From Octopus sinensis (Eukaryota), in assembly GCF_006345805.1 (NCBI RefSeq), contig NW_021832998.1, positions 4,676-68,675 of the forward strand: a DNA stretch of 64,000 nt. The letters run 5' to 3'. Of the stretch, positions 25,592-38,855 are shown piece by piece. How positions within the stretch are numbered: position 1 is the first letter of the stretch; the number at the start of each line of letters is the position of its first letter. The position numbers and the translations under genes are program-made. The notes under the pieces were generated by a model. The model saw only the letters and a list, made by a program, of their open reading frames with translations, did no database searches and was not told the DNA's origin.

Positions 25592-26030
25592 GCAGAACCA
25601 AAACCCTGCCTTCCTTCTAGTGATGTGAAACAACTTGGCGAAACTTTGCATCTTGGTTTTATAATTGTTTACTCAGGAACTGAATGGTTTGAAAGATTAG
25701 TTTTGGCCCCGATGTTCCTTACATTACTGTTGATATCTGAAGGGATAGAGAAAAGAAAGGACAGAGGGTGCTGATCTGGTCGCATGTAGACTAAAAAGAT
25801 TAGTGAGCAAAGAGAACTTGCATTTCAATGCCAAAATCACCGGTGGTGGTGTTACGAGTCAAGTTGAGTTTTGGTATTGTGTGTGTTCTGGTTCGCGGTA
25901 CGGTTCACAAAGGGGATCATGTCTTGGGACTTTTCGAACAGAAGTTTGATTTGCTCAGGGATCCTTCGTCAGCAAACAACTAGAAGAAGCGCATGTTTCA
26001 CTAAAAGTTTGTGGCAAAGAGTGCCATTAG
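25592..26030 (+). pseudogene. C3orf38: C3orf38-like copy 2, last exon; frameshifted as assembled
   Basis: Homologous to 12297-12743 but with several 1-2 nt deletions, the shared TAG at 25698-25700, and an extra TGG>TAG at 25981. Confidence 0.75.
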
Positions 26031-27632
26031 ACAACCAAGTTTCTGAGATTCTTCTGGACATGTAGAAAAAAAACACAAAAAACAAAAGCAAAAATCATTT
26101 TGTTTATGACTAAAATTGATATTATATGCAAGGAAATTATTCCATATTAAAATTATCCATTGAGACTTCTAATAAATGCTTCATTGAACATCAAACTAAA
26201 TGTTTTCTGCTTTTCACATTTTCTTCTATTTCATCATCATCATCATCATCATTTTGGCATTTACTTTTCCATGCTTGGATGGGTGACACAGAATTTGTTG
26301 AAGCAGATCAAAAATCAATGGAAATTGCAGTTGTGATACCAGTGCTGGTGGCACGTAAAAGATCCATCCGAACGTGGCCGCTGCCAGCGCCGCCTTGACT
26401 GGCCTCCGTGCTGGTGGCACGTAAAAAGCACCAACCGATCATGGCCACTGCCAGCCTCCCCTGGCACGTAAAAAGCACCCACTACACTCACGGAGTGGTT
26501 GGCGTTAGGAAGGGCATCCAGCTGTAGAAACACTGCCAGATCAGACTGGAGCCTGGTGGGTGCAGCCTCCCAGCTTCCCGACCCCGGTCGAACCGTCCAA
26601 CCAGTGCTAGCATGGAAAATGGACGTTAAACGATGATGATGATGAGATACCTTTCCTGTCATTTACACTCACTCACCTGTTTCCAATAGAGATAATTTTT
26701 CCTCATTTCCAGATATATTTTCATGTATGTTTTGGCATGCTTTTTACAACTGGATGTCCATGTGGCTGTCCCTCTCGACATGTAGCATAAAGTGAACTCT
26801 TTCTTTACCACAGTTGAACTCAATCAAAGGGACTTTTTCCTTGTCTTCCAAGTTACTTGGAAACTTCACCAGTGATGGTACTATGAAAAAAAAAAAATAA
26901 AAAACAAGTATCCTGAACCTTCTGTAAAGTCAGAAAGAATATCCGGGGCTAATGCAGCTTTGCACCTCTCTTTGAAAAATGCATTTTTTTGAAAAGTTTT
27001 TTTTGCAGATTCCTACGTTAGATGTTAGAGATTATGAATATGAAAAAAAAAAAAAAAAATTCAACTCCCCTCCAACCCCCACCATGAAATTTAGAACTTT
27101 TTCGAAATATTTTTTCCGCTGTGTTTTAGATGATGGAGATTCCAGATATGCAAGAAACCAAGTTTTCTAAAGTTTAAATTCAATATATAGATAGGTGTAT
27201 AAAGAGATAGACCTGAATGTCTTCCTGCGGCTAAAAACAACAGCAACACAGTCTTCTATAAGAGCGTCACCTTTAGTTGACAACCCACCTCTCCTTGAAA
27301 AATTTTTCTGACTCTTACGTTTTAGATATTGTAGATTACAAACGAATATGCAAAAAAAGAAATTTTCAAAATTTTACCCCCACCTAAAAATTTTGATTTT
27401 GTTTACTTTAAAGAGATCATAGTGAACTGACTAACATATGCAAATCGTAATTAAATCGAAATTAAATCCACACGAAAAAAATTTTTTTTTTGTATATTTG
27501 TAATCTCCGACATGTAAAACAGGAATCTGAAAAATATCTTTTCGAAAAAAATGCATTTTTCGAGGAGAGGTGCGAAACTGCATTAGTCCCGAATATCCAG
27601 CCACAGAAATGCTGCAAAGTATTTTTTTTTCC

Positions 27633-28975
27633 CCAATGCCCTAATAACTCCGCCATCTCGGCAACAACTTCAAACTTTTAATAATAATAATAATAATAAT
27701 AATGGACAGAAGGCGGCGAGTTGGCAGAACCGTTAGCACGCCGGGCGAAATGCGTAGCCGTATTTCGTCTGCCGCTCCGTTCTGAGTTCAAATTCCGCTA
27801 AGGTCGACTTTGCCTTTCATCCTTTCGGGGTCGATAAATTAAGTACCAGTTACGCACTGGGGTCAATGTAATCGACTTAATCCGTTTGTTTAGCCTCCTC
27901 TACGTTTAGCCCCTTGTGGGTAGTAAAGAAACAGAAATACGTATTTCGTCTGCCGTTACGTTCTGAGTTCAAATTCCGCCGAGGTCGACTTTGCCTTTCA
28001 TCCTTTCGGAGTGGATTAAATAAGTACCAGTTACGCACTGGGGTCGATGTAATCGACTTAACCCGTTTGTCTGTCCTTGTTTCTCCCCTTTGTGTGCGCG
28101 TGACGGGCTTCTTTTAGTTTCCGTCTACCAAATTCCACTTTGGTCGGCCTGAGCCTATAGTAGAAGATACTTGCTCAAGGTGCCACGCTAAGTGAAACTG
28201 AACTCAGAATCAAGCATCTCACCACACCATCATCATCATCATCATCAACATCATTTAACGTCCGTTTTCCATGCTGGTATGGGTTGGATGGTTTGACTGA
28301 AGACTGGAAAACCAGGAGGCCGCACCAGGCTCCAATCTGATCTGGCAATGTTTCTACAGCTGGATGCCCTTCCTAACACCAACCATTCCGATATTGTAGT
28401 GGGTGCTTTTTACGTGCCACCGACACAGGAGCCAGTCAGGCGGCACTAGCATCGGTCACGTTCGGATGGTACTTTTGACGTGTCACTGGCACAGGAGCAA
28501 GTCGGGGTGGGGTACTGGCATCGATGACGTTCGGATGGAGTGTTTTACGTGCCAGCAGCACGGGGAGCCAGTCTCGCGGCAGTGACAACGACCCACGCAT
28601 GAATGTTGTTTATTGCGTGTCACCAGCACGGGAGCCAGTCAGGCGGAACTGGCATCGCCAATCTGCAGTTTAGTTAAGAAAGAGCAGCGAGCGAAACATT
28701 GCCATTATTAATTCGTGATCAGCAAAAAAAGCAGAATTAACTTTAAATAGAAACACCTGTTTACCATATTTTTTGTGTAGATACATAGTGAAAGGGCAAA
28801 TTTACTGTTGTGTTCATCCGGAGATAGTCTCTCATACGCACTCGCTGTGTCAGTAAGCACAAAATACATATATTTCTTTACTACCCACAGAGAGGACAAA
28901 CAAGGACAGACAAAGGGACTAAGTCGATTACATCGACCCCAGTGCGCAACTGGTACTTAATTTATCGACCCCGAA
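27633..28975 (+). repeat. Partial third copy of the duplicated unit (homologous to ~1793-2955)
   Basis: AATAACTCCGCCATCTCGGC...GGACAGAAG and the non-SINE block GAGCAGCGAGCGAAACATTGCC...GGAGATAGTCTCTCAT match 1793-2840 and 16740-17830. Confidence 0.85.
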
Positions 28976-29651
28976 AGGATGAAAGGCAAAGTCGACCTCG
29001 GCGGAATTTGAACTCAGAACGTTACGGCAGACGAAATACGGCCACGCATTTCGCCCGGCGTGCTAACGTTTCTGCACAAAATATATATATTAATAGTGAC
29101 CAGTGGCGTTGAGAGGGGAGGCTGGTATGCATGGGTGACTGCTGGTCTTCCATAAAGAACCTTGCCCAGACCTATGCCTCGGAGGGTAACTTTCTAAGTG
29201 CGATCCCATGGTCATTCATGACCGAAGCGTTCACAATAGTCACCAGTTTCGCCTTAGTTTTTGGTTGGTATCGAGTACATGCTACTGAGAAAGCCCATCA
29301 AGGCATAAATTCGCCCGAAACAATCTCATTGGCGACTGCTAGGTGATCTCAGCTGGCTACTGATATATTTTGTATTTTTTAGACACAGTACGTCCACAAA
29401 ATATATTATCTCTGGACGAACGTATTAGGTATTGATTTCAAAATTTGGCACAAGGCCAGTAAGTTCGGAGAAGGCCGTAAGATCATCACGCTTGTCCCAG
29501 CAGTCAACTGGTACTTATTTAATCGGCCTCGAAAGGCAAAGTCGACCTTGGCGGAATTTGAACTCATAACGTAAAGACGGTTGAAGTGCTGCCAAGCATT
29601 TTGTCCGGCGTGGTAACTATTCTGCTAGCTCACCGCCTTAGAAATAATCAT

Positions 29652-29725
29652 TGGCCAGCAAGGGGCTCGAACCCATGACATTCGCATTATTAGTACGACG
29701 CTCTAATCAACTGAGCTAAGCGATC
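29652..29725 (-). pseudogene. tRNA-Ile(AAT) pseudogene
   Basis: Minus strand GATCGCTTAGCTCAGTTGATTAGAGCGTCGTACT-AAT-AATGCGAATGTCATGGGTTCGAGCCCCTTGCTGGCCA is colinear with eukaryotic tRNA-Ile(AAU). The acceptor stem has mismatches and the D-loop GG is GA. Confidence 0.8.
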
Positions 29726-30961
29726 ATTAAATATAACACAACATAGCAGACTACAGCTCGCGGGACTCTGTGTATGGTAAACCAAAGAAAAATTACCTTG
29801 AGGTCTCTCTCTTTTTTTTCTTTTTGTATTGGAAGTGCTGGTCACCTGAGGATGAATCATATCGCATATGTCTCGCTCTCAAAAGAGATTTCTCATTCTT
29901 GAAGTAGCAGTTTCCACGTTGGAAGAATAGTTTTGCTTTTTTATGAAGACTGCAGAGTTATTTCCCTTGAAAACGATACCAGAGTTACCTCCCCTGTAAA
30001 TTAATCGGATTTTTCTGTATATTTTCGATAAGTGGACAGGAAATACGACTAACCGTCTTTTGTTATCAAAATTAATGCAGCCCAAAGTCTTTGTTTGCGT
30101 AATGTCTATTTCTTTATTGCCCACAAGGGGCTAAACATAGAGGGGACAAACAAGGACAGACAAAGGGATTAAGTCGATTACATCGACCCCAGTGCGTAAC
30201 TGGTACTTAATTTATCGACCCCGAAATGATGAAAGGCAAAGTCGACCTCGGCGGAACTTGAACTCAGAACGTAACGGCAGACGAAATACTGCTAAGCATT
30301 TCGCCCGGCGTGCTATCGATTCTGCCAGCTCACCGCCTTTTATTTGCGTAATATCATCAGTCGGTTACTGTTATCCAAAAGACACGATTTCCACATGTAT
30401 CTACTGTGCTATATTTACTTCTAAGGCGAGCTGGCAGAAACATTAGCACGCCGGGCGAAATGCGCAGCCGTATTTTGTCTACCGTTACGTTCTGAGTTCA
30501 AATTCCGCCGAGGTCGACTTTGCCTTTCATCCTTTCGGGATCGATAAATTAAGTACCAGTTGAACTCTGGGGTCGATGTAATCGACTTAATCCGTTTGTC
30601 TGTCCTTGTTTGTCCGCTCTGTGTTTAGCCCCTTGTGGGTAGTAAAGAAATAGGTATCTCGTCTGCCGCTACGCTCTGATTTCAAATTCCGCCGAGGCCG
30701 ACTTTGCCTTTCATCCTTTCGGGGTCGATTAAATAAGTACCAGTTACGCACTGGGGGTCGATATTATCGACATTATGATAACACATCCAATCAGTTAAAA
30801 TCAGAAGCCACGAGAGCCACTGCCTGGTACTACATTTATTATTATAATCACTATTATTATTATTATAATCATTCTTCTTCTTCTTCTTCTTCTTCTTATT
30901 ATTATTATTATTGTTATTGTTATTATTATTATTGTTGTTGTTATTGCTGCTGCTGCTGCTG

Positions 30962-31009
<48 letters not shown>

Positions 31010-31579
31010 TTACTACTAGCACCACCACCACTTACACCTCCAGGATGACGAATATCACCATCGGAAATACGGTAACCACCACCACCGCCATCACCACCAT
31101 CGCCATCACCACCTCCTCTATCACCGTCAGCATCATCCCCACCACCACCACCACCACCACCACCACTACTGCCAATACTACCAGCACCCCCAACCCACCG
31201 CCACCCCACTACCAACGTGTCCAACGGAAAACGCCTCTCTAATAATGCCGAGCGTTTTACGGGTGAGTGGTTTTAATCTGCATCGCATCAATCAATCTAA
31301 TTTCCGTCTGGCCTACACAGATTGATATCAATTTATCGTAATAATCCTTTCCACTATAGACAGCAAGGCCTGAAAGTTTTGGCGAAAGGAATTCGTCGAT
31401 TACATCGACTCCAGTGCTCAACTGGGACTTATTTGATCTACCCTGGGAAGGATGAAAAGCGAAGTCGACCTCGGCGAAATTTGAACTCAGAAAGTAAAGA
31501 CAGACGCAAATGCCATTAAACGTTTTGCCCGACGTCTTAACGATTCTGCCAGATCATCGCCTTAATACTAATGATAATG

Positions 31580-31611
<32 letters not shown>

Positions 31612-31687
31612 GGTGACGATGAGGATGATGATGAGGATGTCATTTATTTTCCACAAGGGCGAAGGATGCGGGAGATAATACAAAGGC

Positions 31688-31721
<34 letters not shown>

Positions 31722-31908
31722 TGATGATGATGATGATGATGATGATAATAATAATTTATCTCTGTATTGCCCACAAGGGGCTAAACATAGAGGGGACAAA
31801 CAAGGACAGACAAAGGGATTAAGTCGATTACATCGACCCCAGTGTGAAACTGGTACTTTATTTATCGACCCCGAAAGGATGAAAGGCAAAGTCGACCTCG
31901 GCGGAATT

Positions 31909-31939
<31 letters not shown>

Positions 31940-32744
31940 CTTCATTTATGAGCCACTGAAGGTTCATATAAAAGGATCGGGGCGGTACAGTATGGGACAA
32001 TACAATATAAATGGAGTGGGGTAATGATGATGATGATGATGATGGTCGTAGTAGTAGTAGTGGTGGCGTCAATTTCTCATTAAAACTTATAAACAAAGAA
32101 AGAAAGAAAGAAACAAAGTAGGAGACGAGGCTTTCAGATTATTATTGGGAATCGTTTCCAGACAGAGGTGGATTAAGTCAAATTGATTTGGATTAGTATT
32201 AAACTGGATAAAGTACAAATAGCTGACTTGTTAGTGAGGTTGGACAGTAGATACAAGTGGGTCGTGAATTTCTATCCATTTACATTGACATTGAGCTTCT
32301 ACTTTTCAATCATTGGACTACGGCCATGCTGGGGCCTCGCTTTGAAGTATTTTTTTGTTTTAGTCGAAGGGTATCATAGTCGAATAGACCAGGCTCGTAT
32401 CAGTACTTTTTTTCTTTTTTAAGTCTTGGACTTATTTCATCAGGGTCTCTTTTGCCGATCCCGCTAAGTTACGATGAGATAAACAAACCAGCACCGGTTG
32501 TCAAGCGGTAGGGTGCGGACAAACATAGAGACACAAAGAAAAATGCACGCACACACACATATAAACACGCACACATATGCATACACATACGTACATATGT
32601 ACATACATGCATACATCGATAAGGAGTCAAAATTATGATGATGTTTGGCTGACAACTGATGATGGACGAACATATTCACGTCCTTTGTTTTTTGCTGTTT
32701 TCCGAAAGTTCTTTCGTTGTCTTTCCGTGTAGCATTTTAATATA

Positions 32745-33047
32745 TCTATATATATAAAACTGAAGTTGTGTGGTGTCTGTCTCCTACGATTTAGATTCCT
32801 AACTACTCCCACATTTTGCGGTGCAGTGTAACCAAAAGCGGGTATCTTATAGTCGTGATTCATATCGAGCCCTTCTGTGTATTAGCGTGCGTCTACGATG
32901 AGTCTACGATTTAAAAAAAAAGTTTACCATCATTTTTTCCATTTTTAATGCATTTTTTTGCTATTATATAAGGGAAGTAACTGTCTAAAAAATGCTTATA
33001 TAGTTATTTCCCTTACAAAGCCGAGCAACGCCGGGCGATACTGCTAG
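32745..33047 (+). mobile_element. Complete non-autonomous Helitron
   Basis: A|TC start, 3' hairpin CCGAGCAACGCCGG, CTAG|T end, no TSD. Confidence 0.9.
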
Positions 33048-33099
33048 TAATATAATATAATATAATATAATATAATATAATATATATATATATTATATT

Positions 33100-33149
<50 letters not shown>

Positions 33150-33151
<2 letters not shown>

Positions 33152-33480
33152 GGTGCATAGCTCAGTGGTTAGAGCATCAAGCTTACAATCGGGAGGTTGT
33201 GAGTTCGATTCCCGGACCGGGCTGCGTGTTGTGTTCTTGATCAAGACACTTTATTTCTCGTTGTTCCAGTTCACTCAACTGTAGAAATGAATTGCGATGT
33301 CACTGGTGCGAAGCTGTATCGACCTTTGCCTTCCCCCTTGGATAACATCAGTGGCATGGAGAAGGGAGGCTGATATGCATAGGTGACTGCTGGTCTTCCA
33401 TAAACAACCTTGCCCAGATTTGTATCTTGGAGGGTAACTTTCTAGGTGCAATCCCATGGTCATTCATGACGGAAGGGGAT
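33150..33480 (+). mobile_element. tRNA-derived SINE family E
   Basis: Head GGTGCATAGCTCAGTGGTTAGAGC...GAGTTCGATTCCC, then TTGTGTTCTTGATCAAGACACTTTATT. Relatives at 58688-59010(+), 35390-35660(-), 51940-52130(-), 29110-29230(+). Confidence 0.8.
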
Positions 33481-34231
33481 TCTACTCTCTTTGATAGGTC
33501 TTGTTTTGTTCCTTCTGAGTCCTAGAGTAGCTAGCTACTTGAGTGGGGGAACCGGTTTAGTCGCCGAACATCCATGTAGTGCTGGTTTACATGGTACCAG
33601 TAAAAAGTTTCATCAGCCTGTGATAGGATCGCTGACCTGACATCATCTCATGGACGTGCAGTGTTTAAGAACACGATGATATATCAGGAGGAAACGAAAA
33701 TCGTCCCGGCAGTAACTAGTCAGAATGCTTGATGCATTTGGGCCTCCTTGTCGATGGTGTGAACTCACAGAGAGCTTCATGCTTAGACGAGATTTGTCAC
33801 TAAACATTCTCTGATACTGCGACTGCACACCGATGAGTCGTAAATAAAAATCCATTGAAAGAACAACGGATTAAGTTCCGTTGGGTCGTCAATTTAAACC
33901 CATTGCAAAGATATTAGGGGCTATATTGATGGACAGTGCTGAATTTTGAACTTCAATACAGTTTTCATCTGAATAAAATCAAAATATCATTTGGCCAAGA
34001 TGATAGTCTGTCGTACCGAACCCGACATCTCACGTTTCTGATGCTTCTTCTGAACCATTCGATCACTCTGCGCCAATAAAAGATAAAACTAACCACGAAA
34101 GTATGGTGAGAGTAAATGGATCCTTCGTTTTTTGTAGTTGTTGTTGTTGTTGTCATGATGAAGGCTCCAGTTGATTGACCAATAACACTATCAACTTGCA
34201 TTGTAGCGTAGTGAAAATGGTTGGAGATTCA

Positions 34232-34805
34232 AGGCGTCGAGCTGGCAGAAACGTTAGCGCACCGGGCGAAATGCTTAACGGTGTTTCTTCCACCGCTACG
34301 TTCTGAGTTCAAATTCCGCCGAGGTCGACTTTGCCTTTCAACCTTTCAGGGTCGATTAAATAAGTACCAGTTACGCACTGGGGTCGATATAATCGTCTTA
34401 ATCCGTTTGTCTGTCCTTGTTTGTCCTCTCTGTGTTTAGCCCCTTGTGGGTAGTAAAGAAATAGAAATAGGTATTCTGTCTTTCTTTACGTTCTGAGTTC
34501 AAATTCCGCCGAGGTCGACTTTACCTTTCATCCTTTTGGGGTCGATTAAATAAGAACCAGTTACGCACTGGGGTCGATATAATCGACTTAATCCGTTTGT
34601 CTGTCCTTAGTGTTTAGCCCTTTGTGGGTAGTAAAGAAGTAGGTATTTCGTTTGCCACTGCGTTCTGCGTTCAAATTCCGTCGAGGTCGACTTTGTCTTT
34701 CATCCTTTCGGGGTCGATAAATTAAGTACCAGTTGCGTACTAGGGTCGATCTAATCGACTGGTCCCCTCCCCAAAGATTTCGGGCCTTGTACCTAGAGTA
34801 GAAAA
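34232..34805 (+). mobile_element. Trimeric SINE family A array
   Basis: One A-box head followed by three GTTCAAATTCCG/GGGGTCGAT cores. Similar arrays at 27711-28095, 41499-41900, 42103-42610 and 47403-47757. Confidence 0.85.
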
Positions 34806-34985
34806 AAAAATGATTGGAGATTCCATCACCACCACCACCACCACCACCACCATCACCCAACCTCATCACCATAACTACCACTATCACTACTGTAACCCCC
34901 TCTCCGACACACTATCATCACCAAGATCCCTGCCACCACGGTCACCTCCACCATCTTTAACACCACCACCACTATCACCAGCACT

Positions 34986-35023
<38 letters not shown>

Positions 35024-36004
35024 AAGTCTGAAGATCGATCTCACCCCGATCCACTTTGGTCACCATGACCTTTTAATTTCCATTATTGCACTATGTTTTA
35101 GTAATATGATGCTAATATGATGTTCAAGGTCGATTAATATATACAGAGTATATATATAGGTTACTTTACTCCATACATAATCTGTTGCTGAATAGAAAGT
35201 CAGTTTTATTATACAAAACCCCCAGAGCGTTGGAGTGGTACAAACACCCGGATTAAACGGCGGATTAAAAGTCTAATAAGTATTTAATTTCATTCTTCTG
35301 TGTTCTACGTTCGAATCGTGCTAGGGTCTATCTTGCTACCACACGTCGTCTCTTTAAAGCCGAAAAAATATATACTCTGCCAGAAGAGACCCCCACCCCT
35401 TTCGATCACAAAGACCATGGGATTGTACCGAGAAAGTTCCCTTCCGAGACGCAAGTTCGGACAAGGTTGCTTATGGAAGACCAGCAGTCACCCATGCAGA
35501 CCAGTTTTCTCCCGTTCCACGGCACCGATGTGGTCCAAGGCAAAGGCCGAAACAGCTTGGCACCAGTGCCATCGCAATTCATTTTTTTACAGAGACGTGA
35601 AACAAAGTGTTTTGTTCAAGAGCACAACACACAGCCCTGTTCGGGAATCGAACTCACAACATCACGAATTGTATATAATAAGTACAGGTATACTTCAACT
35701 TACGTCGGTGTTTGGTTCCATGACATACGATTGAACTCGAAAAACAACGTCATACGAAAAAAAAAAGAATAAAAACATAAACAAACAATAGACAGATGCC
35801 GGAACAGCAACAAAAAACTGAGGCCTCTGACAGAAATTTGGGAAACCTAAGAATTAAGGAAGCTATCCTCATGGACAAACTGGGGCCCCAAATTAACAAC
35901 AGGCTGGGGTTTAGCAATCAATATATTATTTAGCCCCATCTGAATGCGTGTAAGTTCATTTCTGATAACATGCTCAATTATATATATATATATATATATA
36001 TATC

Positions 36005-36035
<31 letters not shown>

Positions 36036-36056
36036 GATATATATATATATATCTAG

Positions 36057-36360
36057 ACAAGATATTGTGATAGCCTGGGCTTCAGAGGCCCACAGCTCTT
36101 CAATATCCTCCCGAAGAACCTGAGGGACCTGCATGGTGTAGATGCGGATGTCTTTAAAGTAGGACTGGATGTCTTCCTGTCAGGTGTCCCGGATGAACCA
36201 ACTTCACGGCAGGAGGTGCAGGAGGGCAATGAGGGCACTGCATCGAACTCTATCTCTCATGCATCAGATGGCGTTTGCTAAAAAGCATCCGTGAGGTAAA
36301 ATCGTGTAGCAAACCAATGGCGGTGCCCCAGCATGGCCACAGCTATTAGCTGAAACTGGA
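36057..36360 (+). mobile_element. CR1/L2-group LINE 3' end
   Basis: Translates RYCDSLGFRGPQLFNILPKNLRDLHGVDADVFKVGLDVFLSGVPDEP. The 3' tail is GGCGGTGCCCCAGCATGGCCACAGCTATTAGCTGAAAC. Confidence 0.8.
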
Positions 36361-36382
36361 AAAATCAAAAATCAAAAATCAA

Positions 36383-36477
<95 letters not shown>

Positions 36478-36486
36478 ATATACATA

Positions 36487-36548
<62 letters not shown>

Positions 36549-36733
36549 CCACAACACACATAATATATATATGTGTGTATATAATATATATAATATATAT
36601 AGATATAATATATCTATATATTATATATCTATAATATATACACACATATATCTATATATATATGTATATATATATATATATTATATATATATCTATAGCC
36701 ACCTATATATATATAATATATATATATGTATAT

Positions 36734-36825
<92 letters not shown>

Positions 36826-37047
36826 CACATACATATATAAAAAGAAACTGCGCGTACATATCTTAGAAGCAGCGCTACGGATGTACCAATACACACGAGA
36901 TTGAGACATGGCCGCCCTCACGCACTTCTCATGAGGAATTCCAGAAGGAGCTTCGTGAGACTACTGCAGAGACACTTCCGGAAAAAAAAAAAGAAGTCAG
37001 TAACCGTTGGAAAACCGATCATAGCAGTGACTCGATCAATTCCTAGC

Positions 37048-37088
37048 GATGTCTGAAGAAGGATTTTTATATTCCGAAATATTATATC
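37048..37088 (+). ncRNA. Minimal type-I hammerhead motif
   Basis: GAUGU-CUGAAGA-AGGAU uuuuau AUUCC-GAAAU AUU^AUAUC. Stem I GAUGU/AUAUC and palindromic AAUAUU. Confidence 0.7.
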
Positions 37089-37309
37089 AGACTATGAATA
37101 ATTAAATTCTAACAGTTATTATAGTCTACTCCGCATTGTTGTACCATTCAAGACACGTGACATTTCACAAACAGCTTCTTTTAATTACCGTCTTGTGCAT
37201 ATTTCCACACATATTTTATTCGATTTTTTAGGCGTGTTTTAAAAATCTTTTCTTTTAAATATGTTCGTTGAAACCGACATAAAGTCGGATAAATCCATTA
37301 ATGATAAAA

Positions 37310-37625
37310 TGATAAAATAACTTAGCGGTTCACCAAAGAAGATCGATAAAATAACTTAGCGGTTCGCCAAAGAAGATCGATAGAATAACCTAGTGGTTTA
37401 ACAAACTAGATCGATAAAATAACTTAGCGCTTCGCCAAACGAGATCGATAAAATTACTTAGCGTTTCGCCAAAGAAGATCGGTAAAATAACGTAGCAGTT
37501 CGCCAAAGGAGGTCGATAGAATAACCTAGTGGTTCGACAAACCAGATCGATAAAATAACTTAGCGGTTCGCCAAACAAATCGATAAAATAACTTAGTGGT
37601 TCGCCAGAGAACATCGGTAAAATAA
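37310..37625 (+). repeat. ~32-bp minisatellite (about 9-10 units)
   Basis: Unit approximately GATCGATAAAATAACTTAGCGGTTCGCCAAAGAA. Confidence 0.9.
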
Positions 37626-38659
37626 AATGAAGAACAACAAAACAGTAATATGCAATTGAAAAGACGTAACTCGAAACGACGTAAGTTGAGTTATGCGTGT
37701 ATTTAGTTTCATTTCTCTATATTTTTTTTGTTCTGATCGTATCAGGGTTTATTTTGCTTCGAAAAACGTATCATCTACCCACCATATTATATTGGTTCGG
37801 GTTCACTCAACTGTAACCTTTCCACCCCCACCCACCGTTGCCTATACTCATAAAATGTCTAACCATATGCCAATTCAAAGAGACTATAATTATACACGCA
37901 ATCACGCTATGTCAAAAGATCAGAGACCCGTTGCCATTTCTTGCTATACACACTGAGAACACGTGCCGAGCATGACGCCGCTTCCTGTACACGATCGCTG
38001 TTATTATTCGCGAGCAATTGACGTGGCCTGATGCAGATATGGTCACTTGAACACGATGCGAGCCGTTGAACGCGTGTTATAGACATTACACATGATAGCT
38101 TGTCTTAGTCAGCCAACTTCCATCCTTATTTATTTATATATTTATTTATTTCTGTTTTCTGCCCTTGTCTGTAGCTTTCCGTTGTTATGTGTAAGCGTAA
38201 TTCCACAGTAGGTCCTTGCCCAAATGCAGAAGTTTGCTTGTCACGTAGTTGAGATCAACTTAAACAAGTAGACAGATGTCATGGTGTCGAGAGATCTGTC
38301 AAATATTTCTAAACAGCATTTGACAGGAAATACGAAAACATTACAATGGAAAAAAATCATTCAAATTTAGCAGCTCGGTAGCTGTCCCTTATGAAAAGGG
38401 GGGAAAAAAAAAAAAGAAAAATTGTTAGTGTCATCACCCTAAGGATTGTTTCAAGTTTCGGCACAAGACGGGCAATTTCAGGGAATTGGGGAAGAGTAGA
38501 TAAGCCGTGTTCGGCCGGGACTTGTTTTATCGACCCCCGAAAGGATGAAAGGCAAAGTAGACCTCGACATAACATTTTAGGGTAAATACCCAAACGCCGA
38601 GGATGCTGCTGTAACCCATTCTCCAAATGCAGGAGTCGGGTCTCTCACCGGGTGGTGAA

Positions 38660-38855
38660 GCAGTTCTGTATTTTATCAATCTCCTTTGGCGAAATGCTAA
38701 GTTATTTTATCGATGTCCGTTGGCGAACCGCTAGGTTTTCTTATCGATCTCCTTTGGCGAACTGCTAAGTTTTTTAATCGATCCGATTTTGCGAACCGCT
38801 AGATTATTTTATCGCTCCCCGTGACGAACCGCTAGGTTATTTGAACGATCTCCTT
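38660..38855 (-). repeat. Inverted array of the same ~32-bp minisatellite (about 5-6 units)
   Basis: Unit TTTTATCGATCTCCTTTGGCGAACCGCTAGGTT is the reverse complement of the 37310 unit. Confidence 0.85.

Noticed and set aside
29652-29725. Functional tRNA-Ile gene
   Set aside because: The acceptor stem is mispaired and the invariant D-loop GG is lost; it is kept as a pseudogene.
37310-37625. Regular ~32-bp repeats resembling a CRISPR array
   Set aside because: The units are contiguous with no unique spacers, there are no cas genes, the context is eukaryotic, and the unit resembles a SINE segment.
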